Shown piece after piece: positions 49,070 to 57,661 of a stretch of 64,000 nt of DNA. The translations under genes were made by a program, and so were the position numbers. The notes beneath the pieces were generated by a model. That model was not told where the DNA came from and searched no databases. It saw only the letters and a list, made by a program, of their open reading frames with translations. The number at the start of each line of letters is the position of its first letter. Positions within the stretch are counted from its first letter, which is position 1. Origin of the DNA: Desulfomonilia bacterium (GTDB lineage Bacteria; Desulfobacterota; Desulfomonilia; UBA1062); the NCBI GenBank assembly GCA_050014195.1, contig JBEKDT010000005.1:96001-160000 (forward strand), given 5' to 3'.

Positions 49070-49095
49070 TAAAGTTTTCCATGCATAAATCCGAT
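49070..49095 (+). promoter_or_regulatory. Sigma-28-like promoter motif
   Basis: TAAAG-N16-CCGAT (TAAAGTTT...TCCGATTA). Confidence 0.5.
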
Positions 49096-49108
49096 TACAT
49101 CTACTGGT

Positions 49109-50500
49109 ATGGCACACATTCTCATAGTAGAAGACGATATCAACCTGGGACAGGTCATCTTCCAGGAATTGAAGAGGCACAATCACGAGGTGGAGCTCGT
49201 AGAGAATGCCGAAGCAGCGCTTGTACGCTTGGGAAAATATATCTATGATCTTATGCTCACCGACCTGAAGCTTCCGGGCATCGACGGCATCGAGCTCCTG
49301 AAGCGGGTCAAGGCGACCAACCCCACCACTATTGTGCTTGTCATGACCGGATATGCCTCTGTGGACACAGCCGTTGTGGCTATGAAAAACGGGGCCCAGG
49401 ATTTCATTCAGAAACCCTTCGGTTTGCATGAGCTGGTACAGAAAATCGATGATGCCCTGGCTATCAAACGGATGAAAAACGAGATTGATTACCTGCGCCA
49501 TGCCCAGGAAGACGTTATCTACCGTACTGCCGACATTGTGGGAGTAAGCCAGGCGCTCAAAAAGGTGCTCAAGCTTGTAGAGAAAGTGGCCAAGGCCGAT
49601 TCCACCATGCTCGTCACCGGCGAAACAGGCGTAGGCAAGGGTCTTATTGCAGGCGCCATTCACCATAACTCAAGCCGGTGTGGGAACAACTTCGTACAGG
49701 TCAACTGCGCAGCACTACCTCAAAACATACTTGAAAGCGAGCTGTTCGGACACGAAAAGGGTGCCTTTACAGGGGCCGTTCGGATGCGTGTCGGCAGGGT
49801 GGAGCAGGCGAACATGGGGACCATCTTCCTCGACGAGATCGGAGATATGGATCTGGGCCTGCAGTCAAAGATATTAAGGGTGCTGGAAGAGAGGGAATTT
49901 GAGAGGGTCGGGGGAGAGCGTACCATCAAAGTGGACGTGCGTGTAATAACTGCAACCAACCAGGACCTGCATACCCTCGTGGAACAGGGTAAATTCCGCG
50001 AGGATCTTTATTATCGGATCAATGTAGTCAATATCCACATCCCGCCCATTCGTCAACGCAAGGAGGATATCGAGCCTCTGGTGACCTACTTCATCAGAAA
50101 GTACTGCAGAGAATTCAACAAACCCGAGATGGAGATAGAACCTCAAGCCCTTGCCGCCATCACAGAATACGACTGGCCCGGCAATGTCCGTGAGATCAGG
50201 AACTGTATCGAAAGGGCAGTGCTGCTGGCAGAAGGGACTATAGTAAGAGTCCATGACATCTCCATACTCCATCCAGGCCAGAACCAGGCTCCCTTAACCC
50301 AGGACGGAGGGAATGGTGATCATAAAAAGTCCATGTCGACTCTGGCGCTGTCCGAACGCGATATGATTCTCGAAGCGCTGAAGAAGAACGATTGGATCCA
50401 AAAAGAAGCTGCCCACGCTCTCGGGATCAGCAAGAGGGTGATCCATTATAAAATCAGGAAATACGGCATCACACATCCCCGGTGGATCAAGAACCGATAA
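49109..50500 (+). CDS. Sigma-54-dependent response regulator (NtrC family)
   Basis: REC domain (EDD, D, K), GETGVGK, GAFTGA, WPGNVRE, Fis-type HTH. Confidence 0.96.
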   Translation: MAHILIVEDDINLGQVIFQELKRHNHEVELVENAEAALVRLGKYIYDLMLTDLKLPGIDGIELLKRVKATNPTTIVLVMTGYASVDTAVVAMKNGAQDFIQKPFGLHELVQKIDDALAIKRMKNEIDYLRHAQEDVIYRTADIVGVSQALKKVLKLVEKVAKADSTMLVTGETGVGKGLIAGAIHHNSSRCGNNFVQVNCAALPQNILESELFGHEKGAFTGAVRMRVGRVEQANMGTIFLDEIGDMDLGLQSKILRVLEEREFERVGGERTIKVDVRVITATNQDLHTLVEQGKFREDLYYRINVVNIHIPPIRQRKEDIEPLVTYFIRKYCREFNKPEMEIEPQALAAITEYDWPGNVREIRNCIERAVLLAEGTIVRVHDISILHPGQNQAPLTQDGGNGDHKKSMSTLALSERDMILEALKKNDWIQKEAAHALGISKRVIHYKIRKYGITHPRWIKNR

Positions 50501-52352
50501 GATCAACGTATAGGGATACAACCTCCGGATCAAGGGTTTTGCCGGACATGGCACACAGCTCTTTGAGCGCATCCTCATGCCGCATTTGTGCTCGGTAGAG
50601 CCTTGGGGTAGTCATTGCATTGTATGTATCCACCACCCTCATAGCCCGGGCAGACAGTGGAATATCCTCACCTTTGAGTCCTCGCGGGTAACCACTGCCG
50701 TTGAAATTCTCATGGTGATATATCAGCAGGTCCTCATCAAGGTCGAGTACAGTCACATCCTTGAGGATCCGAGCGGTGATGATGGGGTGATTGTTAAGCC
50801 TTTTTTTATCAAAGGGGGTAAGATCACCCTTGGTGAACAGCGTTGTAGGTATGCCAAGGTATCCGATATTGGCTGCCAGAGAAGAATTGGCCCACTGGCC
50901 TGCAAGCATGTCTCCGACACCCATTTCCTTGGCAAGTGTATATATCTGATCAGAGACCTTCAAAGAATATCCCATAGGATATCCTGCGCGCAGATCGCTC
51001 ATAATGGATGCCGTGTTCAGGATGCCCATATACCAGTTCTGGATATCCGCATCAAAACCCGAGGCAACAGCCCAAGCAGGGGCAAGAAAAGTGGTGATCC
51101 AGTCAAATAGGTCCTGCGGCAACCCTTCCTGGTGGAGGTATCCAAGGTCATGGCCTTCCCAGGTAACCGGCACACCTTGTGTATCGTAGCGGATGGACAC
51201 CTCATCCGCCTGGCACTGGATCTTGAGAAGGTTAAGTAAATCATTAAGAGATTTCAAGGACGGCCCTGACTGGAGGCGTTTCTTCATGGGAAGCTCCAGC
51301 GAAATATTGACCTGCCTCATGGCCCCGGTCTGGGCAAAGGTGGCCACGTGAATCCCCTTCTTCTTTGCATGGGAAAGTGCCTGGTGCGCGACATTAATGA
51401 GCCCTTTTGCATCCTGGGCATCATCGGGCAAGGTCGCCACCCCGATAGTCATAGTGTCTGCAAGATCCGCCCCCAGGCTTAGGGTGGCCTTGTGCAGGGC
51501 GGTGACGGCATCCCGTGAAGAGCAGCCGGGCAGGATCACAAAAAAGCTGAGTTCTTCATACCGCAATACCTTATCGTAGCAGCGCAAACCTTCCTGAATC
51601 CTCCTGGCCAGCGTTCTAAGCGTCCTCACCCCTTCGGGAATATGTGTATACAGACCGAACTTATCCCTGTCCTCTATCTCGATGATTGCAACACTCAACG
51701 GGAAACAGAGCCTCCTGGAAAGCTCCTCGTACTGGTGAAGGACGTCAAGGAGGATGTGCCGCTGCGGAATATCGATACGGACATCCAACACATCATCAAA
51801 ATCCTTATCAGGAGTCAGGACGCCCTTAAGAACCTTCTCCGAGCTCAGCAGGAGTTGCTTGGTCAGGATGAGGTCATTGATATTGAATGGACTTGCCCCT
51901 TTTCTAAAAAGCTCCAGGCACCCAATGACCTTTGTATCCCTGTAGATGGGGAGCCCGATCATGGATGTGCAACAGATAGGTATCTCTTCAGAATTGATAC
52001 CGGTCTGGATCATATCGGGAATAAGAATCGGTTTGGCCATCTCCTTGATGGCATTGGTGAAGATATCGCCCTTATCAATTTTATTGGGGATCTCACCCTG
52101 TAGGCCCCTGCAGAACCAGGTGTCCTGGGGTTCCCAGATGTATGCAAGGGCTACATCATAAGGTGTGATGTGGTTGATGAAATTGAGGATAAGGTCAGAT
52201 AGCTTCTCAAGCTGATCATTCCTGACTTCCCAATCGGATAAAAGGGAAACCTGAAAAAGCATCGGAATGATGTTTGCATTATTTTTTATGAATTCCGGGG
52301 AGAGTTCAAGTGTTTGGTCAACAATATATTCATTTAATCGCTCAGGCCACAT
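50487..52352 (-). CDS. GAF + degenerate GGDEF + degenerate HD-GYP protein
   Basis: GAF (SMIGLPI..GCLEL); RCYD..RYEELSF in place of GGDEF; ANIGY in place of HDIGK; HHENFNGSGYP intact. Confidence 0.8.
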   Translation of the reverse strand: MWPERLNEYIVDQTLELSPEFIKNNANIIPMLFQVSLLSDWEVRNDQLEKLSDLILNFINHITPYDVALAYIWEPQDTWFCRGLQGEIPNKIDKGDIFTNAIKEMAKPILIPDMIQTGINSEEIPICCTSMIGLPIYRDTKVIGCLELFRKGASPFNINDLILTKQLLLSSEKVLKGVLTPDKDFDDVLDVRIDIPQRHILLDVLHQYEELSRRLCFPLSVAIIEIEDRDKFGLYTHIPEGVRTLRTLARRIQEGLRCYDKVLRYEELSFFVILPGCSSRDAVTALHKATLSLGADLADTMTIGVATLPDDAQDAKGLINVAHQALSHAKKKGIHVATFAQTGAMRQVNISLELPMKKRLQSGPSLKSLNDLLNLLKIQCQADEVSIRYDTQGVPVTWEGHDLGYLHQEGLPQDLFDWITTFLAPAWAVASGFDADIQNWYMGILNTASIMSDLRAGYPMGYSLKVSDQIYTLAKEMGVGDMLAGQWANSSLAANIGYLGIPTTLFTKGDLTPFDKKRLNNHPIITARILKDVTVLDLDEDLLIYHHENFNGSGYPRGLKGEDIPLSARAMRVVDTYNAMTTPRLYRAQMRHEDALKELCAMSGKTLDPEVVSLYVDLIGS

Positions 52353-52409
52353 AGCAGTTCCCGTTCTCTCCCCACAGTTTAGAAATTAAAATAGATATAC
52401 GCAGGGGCT

Positions 52410-52535
52410 TTACATCCGATGGTGCTGAGAATACCAGTAGGATTCAAATTCTCGACAGGCCTTCTTCAGGTCACGCAAGGTCCTGATGCCTAACCTACCA
52501 AGCTGTTCGAGAATTTCTCTCCTTGTAAGCCACAT
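52410..52535 (-). CDS. Candidate 41-aa small protein
   Basis: MWLTRREILEQLGRLGIRTLRDLKKACREFESYWYSQHHRM; AGGGG RBS-like sequence; lies just after a sigma-54 promoter. Confidence 0.55.
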   Translation of the reverse strand: MWLTRREILEQLGRLGIRTLRDLKKACREFESYWYSQHHRM

Positions 52536-52577
52536 TATGAGAACCCCTGTGCATTTCCATATATTCTCAATAATAAG

Positions 52578-52593
52578 TGCAAACATGGTGCCA
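52578..52593 (-). promoter_or_regulatory. Sigma-54 (-24/-12) promoter
   Basis: Minus strand TGGCAC-CATGT-TTGCA with exact GG-N10-GC spacing. Confidence 0.75.
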
Positions 52594-52609
52594 CAGGACG
52601 TTTGTGGCA

Positions 52610-52622
52610 TAACATATTGTTA
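52610..52622 (-). promoter_or_regulatory. IHF-like binding site
   Basis: TAACAA-TATG-TTA, one mismatch to WATCAANNNNTTR, in an AT-rich tract upstream of the sigma-54 promoter. Confidence 0.4.
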
Positions 52623-52763
52623 TTTTATGTAAAAAGGTGCTGCCACCCTTTGGGGCATTGATTCACTAATAGAAATTTTCTTACTCTTTTTAAGAAATAA
52701 ATTTCATACCTTATTCCATTTTACTGCAATATGGATAATGTTACCCTTGATTCGACAGACGGA

Positions 52764-54305
52764 TCAGGACGGGCGATGCTTTACGGGAAATCCTCTCATT
52801 CCCATAATCCACAGGAGCCCGAAATACAGAGCACCGCCAAACACCACACAAAGAAGCAACACAGCGCCGCTTTTTATTGTCAACCCCGTTCTCCACAAAT
52901 ACCTATGGGCTAAAGGTATCAGCGTAATACCCATAATTGCTGCGGCGGCAATCATCTTTCCATACTGTCTGAGGTACTCTTTGGGAATATGGATTTCCGC
53001 CTTTTTCAGATACCTATGTTGAACAACGAGTTGAGCGAACACCGAGATACTGCTTGCAAGGGCGATCCCTGCATGCTTCAAGAACGGCATGAGGATAAGA
53101 CAGAATACAATATTCACAACGAGACTCAGCCATGAAATGTTTACTACGACCTTGGCCTTCTGCATGGCATAGAGCGCCTGGGTCTGTATGCGCGCATATC
53201 CCACTGCCCAGAGGCTTAATCCATACATCTGTAATGCATAGGCCGACGCCAGTGCATCATTGAACGTAAAGGCCCCGCGTATGAAGAGGATCGTAAAGAT
53301 GGGCCTGGCCAATACACATGCGCCTACAGTTGCCGGGATTGTGAAGAGCAGCACTGCCAAAAGACCCCTGCCCATGAGAAAAGAGAATTGTTCCGTGTCC
53401 ATCCGTGCAGAAGCGGAGCTCATGGCAGGCAGCATCACATTGCCCACGGCAAAGGCGAATATCCCTAGAGGGAGCTCGAGTAATCTATTGGCATAATAGA
53501 GATAAGAAACACTACCTTCAGAAAGCAGTGAGGCAAAGAGTGTCCCTATAAGCACATTGATCTGGTAGATGGAGGCCCCGATGGCCGCTACACCTAAAAG
53601 GCGGAATACCTGCTTTACCCGCGAGGAATGGAAGGTGGTAGTGAAACGCAAGGGAATTCCTCGCTTCAATAAAGGGGGCATCTGGATGATGATCTGAGCG
53701 ATCCCTCCGATGATCACCCCCCACGCAAAGGCATCCGCAGGCGAAGAGAATATGTGGAAGACCACAAAACAGAGCAGCGGCACAGAGATCATGAAGAGGT
53801 TCATGAGGATCGGGGCAGCGGCAGGCGCTGTAAAGTGGCCTATGGAGTTGAGTATCCCCATAAAGAGCACGGCAACACCGATCAGGAGTATGTACGGGAA
53901 CATGATGCGGGTAAGGTGAACCGTAATGCCGAAAACACTACTGTGGAGAAATCCAGGAGCCATGACGGCCACCAAGGCAGGTGCGATGATCTCGCCGAGG
54001 ATCACTACCACCACCAGGCCGTAGAACATCAATGTCATGATCTCCTGGGCCATGCGGTAGGCACGATCTATCCCCTCACGCTCCTTGACCTCGCTGAATA
54101 CAGGGACAAATGCAACACTGACCGCTCCTTCGGCCATGAATCTCCTCAAGAGATTGGGGATCCTGTTTGCAACAACAAAGGCATCGGCAAGAGGCCCCGC
54201 CCCGAGAAGCCAGGCCATTACCATGTCACGGATAAAACCAAGGACACGGCTTATAGCAGTGAGCCCACCGACCGTAACAACATTCTTCCTGAAGCCATCC
54301 TTCAT
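52764..54305 (-). CDS. murJ: Lipid II flippase
   Basis: SRVLGFIRD, ADAF..A.RIPN..RR..AEGA, YANRLLELPLG. Confidence 0.96.
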   Translation of the reverse strand: MKDGFRKNVVTVGGLTAISRVLGFIRDMVMAWLLGAGPLADAFVVANRIPNLLRRFMAEGAVSVAFVPVFSEVKEREGIDRAYRMAQEIMTLMFYGLVVVVILGEIIAPALVAVMAPGFLHSSVFGITVHLTRIMFPYILLIGVAVLFMGILNSIGHFTAPAAAPILMNLFMISVPLLCFVVFHIFSSPADAFAWGVIIGGIAQIIIQMPPLLKRGIPLRFTTTFHSSRVKQVFRLLGVAAIGASIYQINVLIGTLFASLLSEGSVSYLYYANRLLELPLGIFAFAVGNVMLPAMSSASARMDTEQFSFLMGRGLLAVLLFTIPATVGACVLARPIFTILFIRGAFTFNDALASAYALQMYGLSLWAVGYARIQTQALYAMQKAKVVVNISWLSLVVNIVFCLILMPFLKHAGIALASSISVFAQLVVQHRYLKKAEIHIPKEYLRQYGKMIAAAAIMGITLIPLAHRYLWRTGLTIKSGAVLLLCVVFGGALYFGLLWIMGMRGFPVKHRPS

Positions 54306-54339
54306 GTCGGTGGGCTCTTAAGATTGTAAAGAGGCCGTA

Positions 54340-55047
54340 TTAATTCCCCACGACCTTTGCCCTGATGCGGGCATCCTTGGTCTTGATATTCTCCTGATCG
54401 GTCTCCACATGGAACAAACTGAAAAAGAAATTATCAATCTGGGTTGGCTGATATCGCAATTCAACCGAAATGGACTTGCCGGCGTCCAGCTTCACCTTGC
54501 CCTGCTGGGAAACGAAAAGCACGTTTGAAGGATTTGCGGATATACTGGTAATAGTAATGGGCTCTTTACCCTTGTTCGTAATAGTGATCATCTTCTTATT
54601 TATTGAACCCACCTTTACCGTTCCGAAATCGATCTCCATAGGCACGATGGAGAGGACCTCCACGATCTTAGCCTTCATGGTCAACTTCAGAACCGGCATG
54701 GCCGGATCATTGGTCTCGACCTCGATATTCTTTGTATAATCTCCTCTCATATTTCTGGCGGAAATACTTACAACAAGCTTCTGCGTCTTTCCCGGCTCAA
54801 TTTCCTGCCCTCCCGGGGCAGTCACTGTTGCCCCTCAACAGGGCTTGGGTTTGAATGTAAGCTTCTGGTCGCCGACATTCTTGAATATAAACTCGTGTGA
54901 TAAATCCTTACCCTCGGGGATTGATCCCGCATCGTAGACAGTCTGGTCCACCTGAATCTTCGCTGCTGCATGGCAGATGGTCTCAGCGATGAGGGAAAGG
55001 GTGAGACAAGCTACGAACAAGATCGCAAATCTTAAGAATTTACCCAT
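54340..55047 (-). CDS. Exported DUF1573/Ig-like protein with an in-frame UGA (probable selenocysteine)
   Basis: ORFs 54835-55077 and 54340-54825 share one frame, joined by TGT-TGA-GGG-GCA-ACA-GTG; GGAGGTG RBS before the ATG at 55047; signal peptide; HEFIFKNVGD..L and IEPG..K.I.VETNDP halves of one domain. Confidence 0.75.
54805..54821 (-). promoter_or_regulatory. Candidate bacterial SECIS hairpin
   Basis: CUGCCC-CGGGA-GGGCAG begins 13 nt after the UGA. Confidence 0.5.
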
Positions 55048-55161
55048 AGAATCACCTCCGTTTTTTATGGCTAACACAAAACCTACACGTTTTCCATAGG
55101 GTTTTGGAGACCATCTTGGGTTCGTGTTGACTTTTCATACTCGTAAGAATACATCTAAGCC

Positions 55162-56301
55162 ATGCGCGGAAAACTGGAACACCCGAGAGGACTCATCGAG
55201 CTCATCTCTGTCGAAGTGGAGCGGATTGACAACGAGTACCGTGAATTATGGCTGAGTTTTGAGTATACATGCCCCGGTGGTGAGTATAAATCCGCCATGG
55301 TGCTGCCCATCAGCAACTCCAAAGAGATGGCGAACTTCTTTTTCAAAGAGCTTATCAGCGAGGCCAAGCACCTCTCCGAGATTGAGAAGAACGAGACCCT
55401 GAACGTCGGCCTCTATGTGGCCAACAAGACAGATACCATGCTGCCCATAAAGAACCTGTGCCAGCGGGTCATCGATGTACTCAATACCGAAGAAGATCTC
55501 CATGAAAACCGCGAATTTATAGATCTGTGCACATCAGGGTTCCATTTCAAGGATGGCTCAAACAGTCTCAGCACCAAGGGCTTTGAGGAGCGTTTCAAGA
55601 TATTCATGGGCCGCGCCACGGAAAAGATGTCGCAAGGCTACTATACCATAGCCGCAGACGACCTTGAAAAGGCGAACATCCTGTGCGCAACCAGCCCCTT
55701 CATATCAAAGCTCATCGGCATATGCCACCGTGAACTCGGGCATCTTGATCTTGCGCTGGATATGTTCAACCGCGCCATGGAGCTCGGCGACAAAGAAAAG
55801 GATACCTATCTCTATCTCTCTGAGATCCATTTCTTCTTAAATGACATGGAACGTGCATACGTTATCCTTGAAAAGATGCTCGAAGAGCATCCTGATGATA
55901 TAAGGGCCCTGGTGGAGATCGCCAACATCAAGTACCAGATGGATAAGGAGTATGTTACGTATCTGGACAAGGCCTATGCCATTGATGCAGAGCAGGCTCA
56001 AAAGACTATCCTCCAGACCTTTATGTTCAAGAAGGTCGGCGGAGGCAAGAAGATCCGCATATCCATCGAGGAGGCATCAAAGCTCCTGGGCATTCCGGAG
56101 CAGAGCATCAGGCAACTTGCCCTCAGCAACCGGATACCCGTGAGGGCATTCCCGGATAACGATGAGATGGTGCTGGACGAGAACGAGCTCAGATCATGGG
56201 CATACGTTTACAGGAGATACAAGCTTCTTCAGGATGAAATCGAGAGAGTTCACACTCACCCGGGAGGGGATAAAAATCAAGGCATGGCTCTACTTTCCTG
56301 A
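55162..56301 (+). CDS. TPR protein with a C-terminal excisionase/MerR-like HTH
   Basis: Central TPR helices; ISIEEASKLLGIPEQSIRQLA...IP...LRSW. Confidence 0.65.
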   Translation: MRGKLEHPRGLIELISVEVERIDNEYRELWLSFEYTCPGGEYKSAMVLPISNSKEMANFFFKELISEAKHLSEIEKNETLNVGLYVANKTDTMLPIKNLCQRVIDVLNTEEDLHENREFIDLCTSGFHFKDGSNSLSTKGFEERFKIFMGRATEKMSQGYYTIAADDLEKANILCATSPFISKLIGICHRELGHLDLALDMFNRAMELGDKEKDTYLYLSEIHFFLNDMERAYVILEKMLEEHPDDIRALVEIANIKYQMDKEYVTYLDKAYAIDAEQAQKTILQTFMFKKVGGGKKIRISIEEASKLLGIPEQSIRQLALSNRIPVRAFPDNDEMVLDENELRSWAYVYRRYKLLQDEIERVHTHPGGDKNQGMALLS

Positions 56302-56992
56302 GCCGGCGCCGAAAGGCCTGCTTCCAGCATTAATCTTCTGCCACGGGATACCAGGCTCAAACCCAGACCCCAATGACAGGGGTTATATCCCCCTTTTTGA
56401 GGAGTTCACACACAGAGGGTTTGCATGTGCCACCTTCAACTTCAGGGGATGCGGCCTCTCTGACGGCAACATCGACATGAAAGGCTGGGAAAGCGACCTG
56501 GCCTCTGTAGTCGATAAGGTATTCGACAGCCCCGGCATAGACCCGAAATCCATCCACTGCATCGGGTTTTCCGCAGGAGGGGCAATAGCCTGCAAGATCG
56601 CTGCATATCAGAAGGAGATCTCGAGCCTGCTTTTAATGGCCACCCCCCAGACCTTCGTGGATATCCTCCCCAAGGACCCATCTCTCCTTCATGCGCACTT
56701 CCTCAGCATCGGGACCATACGGGACAGCTCGTTTCCGAGTGATCTCGCCAAGTGGTACAACAATTTCCTCGAGATAAAACCCGCCCATTGGCTGCCTTTT
56801 ATCTATCCCCGTCCCGTGGGTATCGTACATGGAGATTGCGATGAAACCGTCCCCGTAGGGCATGCAAAGATTCTTTATGATGCGGCATGGCAGCCCAAGA
56901 AACTGACCATATTGGAAGGTGCAAATCATCAATTAAGAAAAGACCCCCGGATAATCCAGGTCATCCAAGGCTGGTTGAAAGAGGTTCTGTAG
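56234..56992 (+). CDS. Alpha/beta hydrolase
   Basis: HG oxyanion motif, FRGCG.SDG, GFSAGG, HGDCDETV, GANH. Confidence 0.9.
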   Translation: MKSREFTLTREGIKIKAWLYFPEPAPKGLLPALIFCHGIPGSNPDPNDRGYIPLFEEFTHRGFACATFNFRGCGLSDGNIDMKGWESDLASVVDKVFDSPGIDPKSIHCIGFSAGGAIACKIAAYQKEISSLLLMATPQTFVDILPKDPSLLHAHFLSIGTIRDSSFPSDLAKWYNNFLEIKPAHWLPFIYPRPVGIVHGDCDETVPVGHAKILYDAAWQPKKLTILEGANHQLRKDPRIIQVIQGWLKEVL

Positions 56993-56998
56993 AAGCAC

Positions 56999-57661
56999 AT
57001 GGACAACCCTGAAAACATCTATCTCCCCATCTTTGTGGACTTGACAGGCAAGCTCGTAGTGGTGGTAGGAGGCGGTATGGTGGCTGCCCGGAAGGTGGAA
57101 TCGCTGGTAAAGGCAGGGGCAATAGTAAAGGTCATCGCACCGGTGGTGGTCGACGAGATAGTTCAGTATCCGGATGTCCGGATAGAATTGAGGGAGTACG
57201 AAGAGGACGATCTGGAGGGTGCCTTTCTGGTTATTGCAGCCACAGACAATGATAAAACCAACCGAGCCGTGAGCGAAGAGGCCCTTGACCGACGTATTTT
57301 CTGCAACGTGGTGGACAGGCCCGATCTCTGTTCATTCATCGTGCCCTCGGTTGTGGAAAGAGGTCCCATCAAGGTCGCCATCTCCACAGGCGGCTTCTCC
57401 CCTGCCCTGTCCAGAAGATTGCGGGCCTGCATCGGCAAGAACATCGGTGACGAATATGTCGGCCTGGCCGCCATCCTGGGGATGATCCGCCCGATCGTCC
57501 GGTCTCAGGAAGGTAGCGCCGAAGACCACAAGAGGGTCTTTGAGCTGCTCATCGACTCGGAGCTTATTGATGCCGTCCGCTCGGGTGATCGCAAACAGGC
57601 CGAGGATATCCTCTTCCAGGCCCTCGGAGAGCATATCGATCTCAAGGGGATCATACCATGA
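56999..57661 (+). CDS. Precorrin-2 dehydrogenase / sirohydrochlorin ferrochelatase (SirC/CysG N-terminal type)
   Basis: VVGGGMVAARK, AATD, NVVD.P.LC.F, AISTGG.SP. Confidence 0.92.
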   Translation: MDNPENIYLPIFVDLTGKLVVVVGGGMVAARKVESLVKAGAIVKVIAPVVVDEIVQYPDVRIELREYEEDDLEGAFLVIAATDNDKTNRAVSEEALDRRIFCNVVDRPDLCSFIVPSVVERGPIKVAISTGGFSPALSRRLRACIGKNIGDEYVGLAAILGMIRPIVRSQEGSAEDHKRVFELLIDSELIDAVRSGDRKQAEDILFQALGEHIDLKGIIP

